Source: Candidatus Peribacteria bacterium
GTDB lineage: Bacteria > Patescibacteriota > Gracilibacteria > UBA1369 > 2-02-FULL-48-14
Assembly (NCBI GenBank): GCA_943349825.1
Contig: CALQZQ010000004.1
Span: forward strand, 51,866 to 115,865
Direction: 5' to 3'
Length of the DNA stretch: 64,000 bases
Shown: piece after piece, positions 25,213 through 35,500 of the stretch
Numbering within the stretch: position 1 is the first letter of the stretch
Layout: every line of letters begins with the position of its first letter
Notes under the pieces: model-generated
The model's input: only the letters and a program-made list of their open reading frames with translations
The model's database searches: none
What the model was told of the DNA's origin: nothing
Position numbers and translations under genes: made by a program

Positions 25213-25607
25213 AGGCGGTGTTTTTTAAGGATGTAAAAAATCAACGGCGGTATCAGAGTCATTTGAAGGATGGGTGTGAGGCCCACCTCGATTCCAGGGA
25301 TGAGTGGCATACCGGGAAAGTAGGACCAGCGGTCGAGGATTAGGGAGATTTTTTCCACGATGAGCGCGAGCACGAGACCGGCTCCGGCGGTGAGAATGAG
25401 TGAGGGAAAGCGGCGGTAGCACAGGTAGAGTGCGGCGGTCATGAGGATGTCACCGGGAATGGCTTTGAGGCAAAGCCAGAAGCAGCGATTCATGTCTATG
25501 CTGCAACTGTAGAGCGGGGATTGAAGGAGCTCCCAGGTGAGGTGGAATACGAAAGAAAGCGAGACGAAGATGAGAGCGAAGTGGAGCTTGGAGCGGAGGC
25601 GGTTCAT
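25209..25607 (-). CDS. membrane protein, hypothetical
   Basis: A 132-aa ORF with 4 hydrophobic segments. It overlaps the downstream gene by 4 nt. Confidence 0.55.
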   Translation of the reverse strand: MNRLRSKLHFALIFVSLSFVFHLTWELLQSPLYSCSIDMNRCFWLCLKAIPGDILMTAALYLCYRRFPSLILTAGAGLVLALIVEKISLILDRWSYFPGMPLIPGIEVGLTPILQMTLIPPLIFYILKKHRL

Positions 25608-25644
25608 GCCTTTATCTTAGCATGAGTTAAATGGTGGTGGTGAG

Positions 25645-25673
25645 TTGACGGTTTATTCGAGTCCACGTATAAT
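25645..25673 (+). promoter_or_regulatory. sigma70-like promoter TTGACG-N17-TATAAT
   Basis: The -35 lies at 25645-25650 and the -10 at 25668-25673, 19 nt upstream of ATG 25693. Confidence 0.65.
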
Positions 25674-25692
25674 CACACCTTAATAATCAAAT

Positions 25693-26634
25693 ATGTCTAG
25701 TAAGCAGGCTGACGGTCCACGATTTCTGGTGGGTGAAGATGGCATCGCAGAAGACTTGCATGTAAAGACTGGCAAATGTCCTTTTGATCATGGCAAGAAG
25801 CCGGAGGGTGAAAAACCTTTGAGTTCTTTAGAACTTAAGATAAAAGAGGCGAAAGCTTTTTTGGATGACGTTCATGATGTCTGCCCTTATGCTGGAAAGA
25901 TGTCTCGTGAAAATAAGATTCAGTGGGTGGGGCTTCCAACCGGTGCTGAGCTGGACCCTCTTCCTTTGCGGCCTGAGTTGGATTGTCAGCTTAGGGCTTT
26001 CTTCGCTGCCCGAGATACTAAACGCAATATGGTTTTTGTGTATGAGAAAGACATTAAGACAGCAGATGACACACACATGGCCGGGAAACGATTGCTCACG
26101 GAACTTGAAATTTTAGGGACCAAGATGATGTACCCCGACGCTCCTCTTACAGAGATCACTCTTTTTGTGGGGCAACACCGTCTGCCTGAGTTGCTGAATC
26201 CGCGAATGCATGTGGAGCAGCCTACCTTTCGCTGGCGCCAGCCGGATACTCAACAGGATATAGAAGGGACCATTTTTGTCTTTATGATGTCGCCTCTTTA
26301 CCATAAAGATCATCCGCGTTATGCGCCGCATACTTCTGTGGTTCTAACCTACGTTTCTGATGTGGATCGCGTTTTTTTAGAGGAAACGCCAACAGCGGCG
26401 CGCATTATTGTGAATGCGGCTGTGGGTGTGATTGCTCAAGGTTTGCCGCATATGCCTGTGCATGAGCTCCGACGTGAATCTTCGGCGGAAATATTTAGAG
26501 ATGAACAGGGTAGACCTGAAAATTTTGTACCTCACTATCATCCGGCTATTGATGTCAGGCTCCAGCTCCTTGGAGCTATGTTTGGAGGGAAAAAATTATT
26601 TGTGTACCCTCCGGATCCAAGTCTTTTTAGATAA
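25693..26634 (+). CDS. hypothetical protein, paralog A (possible YqcI/YcgG-family-like)
   Basis: Has an N-terminal GKCPFDHG and a central FVFMMSPLYHKDHPRYAPHTSVVL. Both motifs recur in the next gene. Confidence 0.6.
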   Translation: MSSKQADGPRFLVGEDGIAEDLHVKTGKCPFDHGKKPEGEKPLSSLELKIKEAKAFLDDVHDVCPYAGKMSRENKIQWVGLPTGAELDPLPLRPELDCQLRAFFAARDTKRNMVFVYEKDIKTADDTHMAGKRLLTELEILGTKMMYPDAPLTEITLFVGQHRLPELLNPRMHVEQPTFRWRQPDTQQDIEGTIFVFMMSPLYHKDHPRYAPHTSVVLTYVSDVDRVFLEETPTAARIIVNAAVGVIAQGLPHMPVHELRRESSAEIFRDEQGRPENFVPHYHPAIDVRLQLLGAMFGGKKLFVYPPDPSLFR

Positions 26635-26650
26635 AACCTATTTAGCAAGA

Positions 26651-27562
26651 ATGGCCGATATCCCTGATTCAGTTCGTAGCCATATCGCAGATGGTAAGTC
26701 CGTTTGCCCTTTTGCTGCTTCACCGTCGATTCGTAAGAGGTTAGCGTCTTTAAATGACGCTGGTGTGCAAAGGCAAGTTCAGGCAGCTTTGCTGGAGTTT
26801 GATGAGTCGGATAAAAGGGATTTGATCCTGGGTCCGAGTGACACTTTGCCGGATCATGGCACTGTGGATCTTTATTCTAAGCTGGTCTATAAACACCTCT
26901 TGCTGGCGGCTGCTATGGTTGGAGATTCTGCTCAGGCAAAATGGCTGATGGATTATGAGGACAACCTGGATCCTGTGGTGACGTTTCCGTCTGCAGCGCT
27001 TTATCTTTCAAGGAAGGGTCCGACTATGTTTACTTTTTTCAGCCCTCATTTTGATCCTCGACACCCACGCTACATGCCGGCTCCACTCGGAGTGGTGGTG
27101 CCTTTAGAAGAGTTCCAGAAAGTGGAGGCTGCTCGCCCTGGCATTTCCGAGGGGATTGGTCTTTTGGCTCTTGCTAGAGTGATCTGCTCCATGTTGGATC
27201 CCCGCTCTACCATTTCTGCAGCAGAGGTGGCTCAAGAAATGTCTTTATGGAAGCCTTTGCTGATAGAGATGGAAAGGGTGTTCGATGATAGGGAAGATCC
27301 TAGTTTTCCTCATACGGATCTCCAGCGTTTGCACGACTTGAGTGGTATGAGGGCTATGGTTCGAAATCGTAGCCAAGCAGTTTTTCAGCAGACTGAGGGG
27401 CTTTTTCGTCATCGTTTGGAACACGCTCGGGATGTGCCTCTACTCAAGCGAATGCTGAGAGAGCATCCGAATTTGAGTATGGTGGATATCTCTCATGCTT
27501 TGTTCACCAATCATGCAGCCTTGTATCCCAAACCCGAGCCGCAGTTTACGTGGAAACCTTAA
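26651..27562 (+). CDS. hypothetical protein, paralog B (possible YqcI/YcgG-family-like)
   Basis: Start is ATG26651 (MADIPDS). Has an N-terminal KSVCPFAAS and a central MFTFFSPHFDPRHPRYMPAPLGVVV. Confidence 0.6.
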   Translation: MADIPDSVRSHIADGKSVCPFAASPSIRKRLASLNDAGVQRQVQAALLEFDESDKRDLILGPSDTLPDHGTVDLYSKLVYKHLLLAAAMVGDSAQAKWLMDYEDNLDPVVTFPSAALYLSRKGPTMFTFFSPHFDPRHPRYMPAPLGVVVPLEEFQKVEAARPGISEGIGLLALARVICSMLDPRSTISAAEVAQEMSLWKPLLIEMERVFDDREDPSFPHTDLQRLHDLSGMRAMVRNRSQAVFQQTEGLFRHRLEHARDVPLLKRMLREHPNLSMVDISHALFTNHAALYPKPEPQFTWKP

Positions 27563-27651
27563 AACCGGGCGATGCTTTTTTAAGCTCTATGGAGGGAAGA
27601 CAGCCTTTACTTGACGTATTTTTGTGATATTGTATTCGCTTAAAATATTTT

Positions 27652-28572
27652 ATGGGAAGGATTCTTGGGGATCACAGCGCTACAGATTCCATAGCTTTGG
27701 GTTTGCGAGAAATTGCTCGCCAGCACTATTTGGGGGAAATGCCTCCGGAGCTTGCTAAACACCGCATCCAAACTCTAGCGAACCCCAATTTCCCGGTACG
27801 TTCCTTAAGTTTTGCTTTTAGGAGACTTTTGTATCAGACTTTCCCAGGTTTAGATCCAGCGGTACAAGCGGAATTGTTTCATTTGGGACAGGTTGATCCT
27901 AGGTGCAGGATACCTTCAGTGGTTCAAACTGGAGATTCTTTACTGAGACATATCCCTGGCACAACTTTACTGCCCACCCGCACCTCTTATCGCTTGGGTC
28001 AGTGTGCCCGTCCGCTACTCAATGGGGCTTTGTATGAAGGGCCTCGACCTAAAGTCTTTGAATTTGGGGTTGGATCTGGAATTGTTGCGGCCTCTCTTCT
28101 AAGAGACTGTGGTGAGGAAGCCGTTGAGTATTTTGGTGGTGAGCTCGATCCCTCTGCTGCTCGTGCTGCGAAGGAAAGCATGAGGTGGAATGGATTTAGA
28201 CCAGAGACCTGTAGTGTTAGTGTGGGCGATGGTTTCGCGGTTTTGCCTCGAGATGCAAAAATGGATTTGATTGTCTCCAATCCTCCTTACTGGATTTCTA
28301 GAGGGGCGAAGAGTCCAAAGGCTAGAACATTGGGCCCGGCTCTGGCACTGGATGGAGGTGAGGACGGGACCGTTTTTTATTCCAGAATTCTCAAGGAGGG
28401 TGCTGGCTATATTAAAGCGGGCGGCCATTTTTTGCTTCAGGTTCCTCTTCCACTGGTAGACCGCATAACGGAAATGGCTCAGGCTGAGTATCCGGCCTCA
28501 GTGGTCTCTAGGGCTGCGCTTGAGCCACAGCGTGAAGGTTCTGATGTGGCGTTGGTGGTACAGGCAGCATAA
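27652..28572 (+). CDS. HemK/PrmC-like N-methyltransferase (NPPY motif)
   Basis: Motif I is FEFGVGSGIVAASL and motif IV is IVSNPPYW. The N-terminal 120 aa or so are unrecognised. Confidence 0.7.
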   Translation: MGRILGDHSATDSIALGLREIARQHYLGEMPPELAKHRIQTLANPNFPVRSLSFAFRRLLYQTFPGLDPAVQAELFHLGQVDPRCRIPSVVQTGDSLLRHIPGTTLLPTRTSYRLGQCARPLLNGALYEGPRPKVFEFGVGSGIVAASLLRDCGEEAVEYFGGELDPSAARAAKESMRWNGFRPETCSVSVGDGFAVLPRDAKMDLIVSNPPYWISRGAKSPKARTLGPALALDGGEDGTVFYSRILKEGAGYIKAGGHFLLQVPLPLVDRITEMAQAEYPASVVSRAALEPQREGSDVALVVQAA

Positions 28573-28590
28573 AAACTGGTCGGAGTGGCG
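28572..28590. repeat. orphan duplicate of the tRNA-Pro 3' end plus flank
   Basis: AAAACTGGTCGGAGTGGCG at 28572-28590 is identical to 28627-28645, which covers the 3' 14 nt of tRNA-Pro(CGG) plus 5 nt of flank. Confidence 0.8.
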
Positions 28591-28631
28591 AATATTTTGT
28601 GACCAACTCCTCCCATTTTACTTCGTAAAAC

Positions 28632-28708
28632 TGGTCGGAGTGGCGGGATTCGAACCCACGACCTCGGCGTCCCGAACGCCGCGCGCTAGCCAACTGCGCT
28701 ACACCCCG
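28632..28708 (-). tRNA. tRNA-Pro (anticodon CGG), CCA encoded
   Basis: Hand-folded cloverleaf: acceptor CGGGGTG/CACTCCG, D arm GCGC-AGTTGGCTA-GCGC, anticodon arm CGGCG-TTCGGGA-CGCCG, T arm GTGGG-TTCGAAT-CCCGC. Length is 77 nt. Confidence 0.9.
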
Positions 28709-28767
28709 ATGGTGGGGAGTTTAGCGAAAAACTTTTCGCGGGGGAAGCGAAGGTGTAGATTTTATTC

Positions 28768-29715
28768 ATGAAAACTCAATGCACTCTACCCGCTTTTCAA
28801 ACGCAGTTCAAAGTTGCTGTTATTGGTGCGGGAAACGTGGGGGCGACGGCGGCCTACGCCATGCTGCTGGATGGTACGCCCAGCGAACTCGTGATTGTGG
28901 ATCGCAATAAAGAGAAGGCCGAAGGGTTGATGCTGGATATGGAGCATTCTATGGCGTTTCTGGACTACACCAAGGTGGTGGGCACGGACGACGTACGATT
29001 GTGCAAAAATTCGCAGCTGATTGTGGTGACGGCGGGTGCGCGCCAGCAAGAAGGGGAGACGCGCTTGGATTTGATCAAAAAAAACCGTGCTATTTTTAAG
29101 GAACTGATTCCGCAACTGGCGAAGGTGGCGCCCAAGGCCATTTTGCTCATCGTCAGCAACCCGGTGGATGTGCTCACGTATGAAGCGCACAAGCTTTCCG
29201 GTTTTCCGTGGGGCCGCGTGTTTGGATCGGGTACCATGTTGGATACGGCGCGCTTGCGCTTCCATCTTTCCCAGGAACTGTGTTTGAGTGCCAAGAGTGT
29301 GGAGGCTTTTATTTTGGGCGAACATGGCGATACGTCTTTCCCGGTGTGGAGCAGTGCGAATGTGGCGGGCATGCCACTGATGAAGGTGCCGGGCTTCTCC
29401 AAGAGCATGGCGAACGGCGCTTACAAAGACACGCGAGAGGCGGCTTACCGTATCATCCACGATATGGGCTACACGTGTTATTCCATAGGCACGGTGATTC
29501 GCGAACTGATGAAGCATATCTTTCAACATTCACGCGTGGTATTGCCACTCTCTGTCCCGCTGCAAGGGGAGTATGGAATTAAAGATGTGGCGCTGAGTGT
29601 GCCTTGTGTGCTGGACAGCAACGGAGTTTCCGGCATCGTGGAAGTGCCACTGAGTGCGCTTGAAAAAAAGCAGCTCAAAAAATCGGCGGCAACGTTGAAG
29701 GGGTATTTGCGCTGA
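28768..29715 (+). CDS. ldh: L-lactate dehydrogenase
   Basis: Contains KVAVIGAGNVGATAAYA, GARQQEGETRLDL (Gln at the LDH-discriminating position), IVSNPVDVLT and GEHGDTSFPVWS motifs. Confidence 0.85.
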   Translation: MKTQCTLPAFQTQFKVAVIGAGNVGATAAYAMLLDGTPSELVIVDRNKEKAEGLMLDMEHSMAFLDYTKVVGTDDVRLCKNSQLIVVTAGARQQEGETRLDLIKKNRAIFKELIPQLAKVAPKAILLIVSNPVDVLTYEAHKLSGFPWGRVFGSGTMLDTARLRFHLSQELCLSAKSVEAFILGEHGDTSFPVWSSANVAGMPLMKVPGFSKSMANGAYKDTREAAYRIIHDMGYTCYSIGTVIRELMKHIFQHSRVVLPLSVPLQGEYGIKDVALSVPCVLDSNGVSGIVEVPLSALEKKQLKKSAATLKGYLR

Positions 29716-29717
29716 GA

Positions 29718-30110
29718 TCAGTGTCTGCGGCTCAACCAGTCGTTGATATGGCCTCTTATACCCTCTCTTATGGCACTTACTGTTTTATGGTTCGGACCGT
29801 GAGCCAAACTCGCTTCATACTTTTTTCTTCGTAGTTCAGCCAGGCCCGCTTCATATCGCGTGTGGTCGAGATCTAGTGCCAGGGCGCGGCGCTCTGGATT
29901 GTGCCCAAATTTTGCGTCGCTTAAGTGTGGGATTTGGTTTTCAAGCATGCCTAGCGAGATTCGTAAGCCTTCCACCTGTCTCTCCAAGAAGCTTAAGGCT
30001 TCAGCAGCTTTTTTTGGACACCATTCCCTTGCTAAGGCGTCGTCTAAGTCCCAGAGTCGGCGGTACTCCTCTGCGGTCAGTTCTATTACACCTTGTCTTC
30101 CCCCATCCAT
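29718..30110 (-). CDS. hypothetical protein
   Basis: A 130-aa ORF with no recognised motif. Confidence 0.45.
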   Translation of the reverse strand: MDGGRQGVIELTAEEYRRLWDLDDALAREWCPKKAAEALSFLERQVEGLRISLGMLENQIPHLSDAKFGHNPERRALALDLDHTRYEAGLAELRRKKYEASLAHGPNHKTVSAIREGIRGHINDWLSRRH

Positions 30111-30174
30111 AGTCTGAGTTTTAAGATTGATCTATAAATATTAAAACCCATAGTTTGTGTTTTGTCAACAGCCT

Positions 30175-31380
30175 TTACTCCAAACAGGACACCGTCCATG
30201 AACTCATGCCCGTGCCGCCGTAAGCGTCTTTCAATTCTTTTCCAATCGGCCGATAGACAGGTGAATCGTTGGTGAAATCGATCAGGAAGAGGCGGGAAAA
30301 GGTGACCGTACCGCCGCTGTTGCAGGAGGTGCTCACGAGCAGATGCTCATCGTCGCCGCAGAAGTTGGGGTAGTTGAAGCTGATGCCTTGGCAGGAAGCG
30401 AAGTCGGGGTCGTAGGCAGAGAGCAGTTCTGCACTGGGATCTGGTAAGAAGAGGGAAGTGGAACCGAATTTGTTTCCGTCGAATATTTTTTTCAAAAGGC
30501 CACCGCCTGTAGAGTTGTCGCAGAGGGTGGTGAGGCTTTCCAAGCCAAAAGCACAGTGACCACTTTTTTCTCCCCAACTCGTGCTTGTTTGGGTTTGAGT
30601 GTCGTAGACTTGGGCTACGGCGCCGCTGCCGTTTCTGGTTTGATGGAAAACAATATAGCGGCCGTCGCCGGAGTACTGGGAATCTTCACCATCTGTTATG
30701 CTAGGCACGGGGCTCGCGTTGCTGATGGATAGGCCGTCTGCACTGAGCGAAGCCTGCATGAGTTGGCTGGTGTTCGTGTCTTCGTAAAGCAGGGTCTTCC
30801 CGTCGGGGCTGACTTCCGGCCAGCTGGCATTGCTGGTGAGGGTATTTGTTTCACCCGTGGTCAGATCCACTACGCCGAGGTCTTTGCTATGCACGTTTTT
30901 GAAAATGCTGAAGTAGGCCACGGTGCCATTGGGGTTCCAGGCAGGGTAGCTTTCGCTCACGGGTGTTTCCGTGGCGCGGGTCACGGTGCTCACGGTGCCA
31001 TCATCCAGATCCAAATCTGCGGTGTAGAGGTCACACTGGTTTTGTTCATTGCGGTCAGCGCAATCGCTGTTGGTGTCAAAATTTGCTCCAAAAATGATTT
31101 TGTGAGTTTCCGTGTCGGCGGGTTGAGGGCTCGTGATTGTGCCGGTTTCACTGCCGGTGTTGCTGGTGCTGCCCGAATAATAATAAAGATTGATGTCGCT
31201 TTGAGTGGCTACTTCTAGCACGGAAATGAGCAGAGGTTGAACTTGGTAGTCGTAAACCGGCGAGTCTTGCCCGGGCAAAGGGGGCTCCGCGCAGGTCGAA
31301 TTGGCTCGGCTGCCGCAGGTGGCTTTGTCGGGTAGAAGGGCAACCACGATCAGGGCAGTGGCGAGGAGGAATTTTTTCAT
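30175..31380 (-). CDS. secreted TolB-like beta-propeller (PD40 repeat) protein
   Basis: Has a signal peptide (MKKFLLATALIVVALLP). Repeats are YPAWNPNGTVAYFS, WPEVSPDGKTLLYE and YSGDGRYIVFH. Confidence 0.7.
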   Translation of the reverse strand: MKKFLLATALIVVALLPDKATCGSRANSTCAEPPLPGQDSPVYDYQVQPLLISVLEVATQSDINLYYYSGSTSNTGSETGTITSPQPADTETHKIIFGANFDTNSDCADRNEQNQCDLYTADLDLDDGTVSTVTRATETPVSESYPAWNPNGTVAYFSIFKNVHSKDLGVVDLTTGETNTLTSNASWPEVSPDGKTLLYEDTNTSQLMQASLSADGLSISNASPVPSITDGEDSQYSGDGRYIVFHQTRNGSGAVAQVYDTQTQTSTSWGEKSGHCAFGLESLTTLCDNSTGGGLLKKIFDGNKFGSTSLFLPDPSAELLSAYDPDFASCQGISFNYPNFCGDDEHLLVSTSCNSGGTVTFSRLFLIDFTNDSPVYRPIGKELKDAYGGTGMSSWTVSCLE

Positions 31381-31406
31381 CAGTTGGATTTTAATTGTTC
31401 TACCAG

Positions 31407-32324
31407 TCAGTCGCTCATAAGGTCTACGATCTCGAGGTTGGAAGGTGAGGTGGGACCTTTTTCTACGGCCCTAAAACTATGCCCGGCGTTTTCCACGGGA
31501 ATCAAAGTGGCTTCTACTCCTGCTGCCACTAAAGCATCGTAAAACATTTGGCTTTGCTCAAATGGGACTAAATCGTCTTCTTCCCCGTGAATGATCAAAA
31601 AGGGAGGGTCGTCGGAGCTCACATAGGTGATGGGACTTTGATCAGCGCCATCTTTGTAGGAACTGTCTCCGAAAGCACTTTTGAGCAATTCTGGCGGATT
31701 TCCTTCGAATTGGATGGTGAGGTCTGCAGGGCCGTACATATCCACTACGGCCTCTACTTCGCTGGAAAACTCAAGGTAGTCCCCGGTATCCCAAGCGCTC
31801 ATTTCCGCAGAAGTTCCGAGCAAGCTGACCAAATGCCCCCCGGCGCTGCCGCCGTAGGCCCCGATGTGATCGGGATCAATATTGTAGCTGCTTGCGTTAG
31901 CACGAAGGTAACGCACGGCACATTTTATGTCTTCAATGTTGGTGGGGAAAACACTGGCAGGCGCCAAACTGTAGTTGACTGCAGCCACTGCGATTCCTTT
32001 TTCATTGAGAGCTTCTCTATAAGTTGCTAGATCTGTTTTATCTCCTTTGCTCCAGCCTCCGCCGTGCACGTAGAGAACCACCGGGAAAGGATCCGTGGAA
32101 TCCAAAGACTCTGCGGTGGGGTAGTAAAAATCCAGAATCTCCATTTCGTTCATAGAACAATAGGAGACGTTTTCATCCACTGTGCCGAGTTTTTCTTCTG
32201 AAAATGTGCTTTGGGTTTCGCTGGGTATATCTGTAACGGGCTCTTCTTCTGTAGGCGATTCGGCCCTTTTTCCGCTGCAGCTCGTCAGCACGAGGAGTCC
32301 CAATAGGAAGAAAAAGGTTTTCAT
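31407..32324 (-). CDS. alpha/beta-hydrolase esterase/lipase, lipoprotein
   Basis: Start ATG32324 gives [18 protein letters not shown] (lipobox). Contains LYVHGGGW and GGSAGGHL (GxSxG). The longer ORF would run into the tRNA. Confidence 0.8.
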   Translation of the reverse strand: MKTFFFLLGLLVLTSCSGKRAESPTEEEPVTDIPSETQSTFSEEKLGTVDENVSYCSMNEMEILDFYYPTAESLDSTDPFPVVLYVHGGGWSKGDKTDLATYREALNEKGIAVAAVNYSLAPASVFPTNIEDIKCAVRYLRANASSYNIDPDHIGAYGGSAGGHLVSLLGTSAEMSAWDTGDYLEFSSEVEAVVDMYGPADLTIQFEGNPPELLKSAFGDSSYKDGADQSPITYVSSDDPPFLIIHGEEDDLVPFEQSQMFYDALVAAGVEATLIPVENAGHSFRAVEKGPTSPSNLEIVDLMSD

Positions 32325-32348
32325 CAACAAGGTGTGAAAAAGCAAAAT

Positions 32349-32425
32349 TGGTCGGAGTGGCGGGACTTGAACCCACGGCCTCTTGCACCCCATGCAAGCG
32401 CGCTAGCCAACTGCGCTACACCCCG
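32349..32425 (-). tRNA. tRNA-Pro (anticodon GGG), CCA encoded
   Basis: The acceptor and D arms are identical, and the T arm near-identical, to tRNA-Pro(CGG). The anticodon arm is CTTGC-ATGGGGT-GCAAG. Length is 77 nt. Confidence 0.85.
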
Positions 32426-32499
32426 ACGTGCACCCTTTTTAGCAGATTTTGCTCTAAAACAAAACCTTTTTAGTGAAAGAGCATTTGTTTTCCGTCGTA

Positions 32500-32528
32500 T
32501 TGACAGATCTTAATAGATTTCATAGTAT
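32500..32528 (+). promoter_or_regulatory. sigma70-like promoter TTGACA-N17-TAGTAT
   Basis: The -35 lies at 32500-32505 and the -10 at 32523-32528, upstream of ATG 32560. Confidence 0.6.
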
Positions 32529-32559
32529 AAGCTTCTTTCAAATCATTAACACTCCTTTT

Positions 32560-35500
32560 ATGTTTAGCCTTCGCGGTTTGCGCAATACAATAGTGTTTGG
32601 TGCGGTTTTAGCTGTGGCTTACAGTTTTGCCCTTTTCTCGGCTCCTTCAACGGAAGCTGCGATTTGTCGCACGAATTTCGTTTACGTTGATTCTGGCGCC
32701 GGTACGGATCGCGCGGGATGTTGGGGAACCAACTCTGCGGATGCTTACGCCACGATTTCTGCAGCTTTGGCTGACCGAAATGCCAATTATTCCGGAACGG
32801 AGATCACCATTTACTTCAAGGGTGACGTCAATCAAACCTTGGACAACAGTGGATCTTCCAACAATGTGTATTTGAGACCGCAAACCTTGGGTGCTAGCAC
32901 TAAGGCGATTTTTACCGTGAAAGGAAGTAACTATATTCGAGTAGCCTATTTTAAATTCACTAGTTCAGGAGGAGTAAAGATGAATGGGACTGGAAACAAT
33001 ATTACGGTGGAAAACAACACGTTCAGTACGGCCACCACCTTTATTGATATTACAGGTTCCAATACGGCCATTATTGAGGATAATACTTTCCAATCTGGGT
33101 ACATTTACGACCACAACAATGCTGGACGCGTGACCATTTGGACCAATACCTTTACTGGAGCAGGTTCCAAAGGGGGATACCATGTTTCTGTTAACACTCA
33201 ATCTTCCGGGGGCATTGATTTTGTGGGAAACAAAATCACCAGCACGAGTGGCAACGGACTTTCCATGACTAGCGCTTCGGGAGCGATCATCATGAGCAAC
33301 ACCTTCACGGGGCCCGGTTCGGTGAGTTCTACCGCTGTGCAGCTTTCTGGTACTACAGGGAACATCCAAAACAACACCGTGACCGGTTATGGAAAAGGCT
33401 TTTTGGCACTTGGAACAGGAGCTACCAACCTCAACTATGTGGACAACAATAAGGTCACTTTGACCGATACGGCTACGGCTGAATCCATTGGATTTGGGTT
33501 CACAGGCATGAACATCACTCATTTTACCAACAACACGGTTTCTTCCGGGGATTATGGCCTTAAGGTGAACACCACTACGGTGAATGAAGTGCTGACGAAC
33601 ACTTTCACGAGCCTCAGTTATGCCGTGTTTGGAGATGCCCTCAGCCAACTTACCACTGTTTCCAATAATGGTTTTAGCTCTGTGGGTACGGGAATTTGGT
33701 TGGTGATGAGCACGTTCACGACCATCGATAGCAATCAACTGGCAGCGAGCTCTTATGGAATTTTATTGGAGACTACTAAGGGTAAATTCAGCAGCTGGAA
33801 TAGCGAAGGCACGCCTTCTGATCCTCCCGGAACCACCACTGCGGCTCAGTCTGTGATCAAGAACAATACGATCACGGGATCCAATGTGGGTATTGCGATG
33901 GCTGCTTACAATGTGGACGACATTCATAAAAATACTTTTGTGAATGTGGTGGATGGAACGGATATGTTCTTTTCTGCGGTCAACATTTTTAAGAACAATG
34001 TCTTGGGGCACAATGTGGCGATGGCCAATGGAAGAGGAGTTTATTTGAATGCTTCTTCTTTGGCTGATTTTTCTCGCAATGCTTTCAATGCCTTCCAATC
34101 TGGACTCAAGATGGAAGCGGCTTCTACGATTTCTACGCTTTTCGACAGCAATTCTTTCTCCGGTGGTACTTATGGAGTTTATTTGAACAGCTCTACTTTG
34201 GCGGTGCCTGTGACGAATGGTGTTTTTGCAGCGATGCCCAATGGGGTTTATCTTACGGCAGGGACTACGGGTTTCACGGTGCTTTATTCTACTTTCTATA
34301 GCAATACTACGGCGGTGCTTGTGGCAGCGAATTTGCCTGCCGGCAACGTGGTGAAGCTCGCCAACAACGTGTACTCCCAGTTCGGCCCTTACGCCGTGAG
34401 TGTTTTGGACAGTGCCGATTTGGGGCTGCTCGATTACAACGTTTATGAGCACGTGGCCGGGACCGCGATTCTGAATGTGCCTACCGGAGCTGTGACTTTG
34501 ACCGGGGCACGTGCGGGTGGTTTTGAAATCAATGCTTACGAAGAGAATGGCACCACGTTGGTTAACCCTGCCGCCGGGGACTATCACTTGCAAGCGGTGT
34601 CTCGTGCTGTGAACAGTGCAGATGTCACTTTTGTGGTAGCCAAAGATTTTGAGAACCGTGCGCGTCCAGTGTGTGTGACTTCTGACCGTGGAGCTTTTGA
34701 AGCTACTTCAGCTGCTTTTGCCGCTTTGTTTGATGGCGATGGAGATGGACTTTGTAACTTCCAGGAAACGGCGTGGGGAACGAGTGGAACTTCCACCGAT
34801 AGCGATGCCGATGGCGTGGCTGACTACAAGGAAATTTATCAAACGCTGACGGATCCCACCTTGGCCGACACCGACGGAGATGGCTACAGCGATGGGGAAG
34901 AAGTGCTGACTTACGGTACGGATCCTCTGGATGCTTTGGATCACGTGAACGACAGCGATCGTGACGGTATGGATGACACTTGGGAAACACTTTACGGCCT
35001 GGATCCTTTGGATGCCAGTGATGCCGCTACCGATTTAGATGGCGACGGTCTCACTAATCTTGAAGAGTACGAGGCGGATATGGATCCTTCTGATGCTGAC
35101 ATGGACAACGACGGATTGAACGATGGCGACGAAGTGAGTGCCGGTACCGACTGGATCAATCCCGATACGGATGCGGATGGCATGGAAGACGGCTTTGAAG
35201 TGACTTACGGCCTCGATCCCCTTTCTGATGACAGTGGTGACGATGCTGATTCCGATGGACTCACTAACTTGGAAGAGTACGACGCGGATACAGATCCCAC
35301 CGATAGCGATACCGATGGTGATGGAATGGACGATTACTGGGAACTCAACAATAGCCTCAATCCCACTCGCAACGATGGAGCTTCAGATTACGACCGTGAT
35401 GGACTCAGTAATCGTGAAGAGTACGTGCTGGGAACTTATCCCGATGACGACGACACGGATGGCGACGGTTATACGGATGGGGTGGAAGTGACGTATTCCA

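Noticed and set aside
28786-29529. A 247-aa minus-strand ORF overlapping ldh.
   Set aside because: It is an antisense shadow of a clearly identified LDH, and its translation is Arg/His-rich junk.
28572-32425. An integrated prophage or genomic island at tRNA-Pro.
   Set aside because: No integrase, excisionase, phage or conjugation genes lie between the repeats, only metabolic and secreted proteins. I kept it as a low-key finding about the repeats only.
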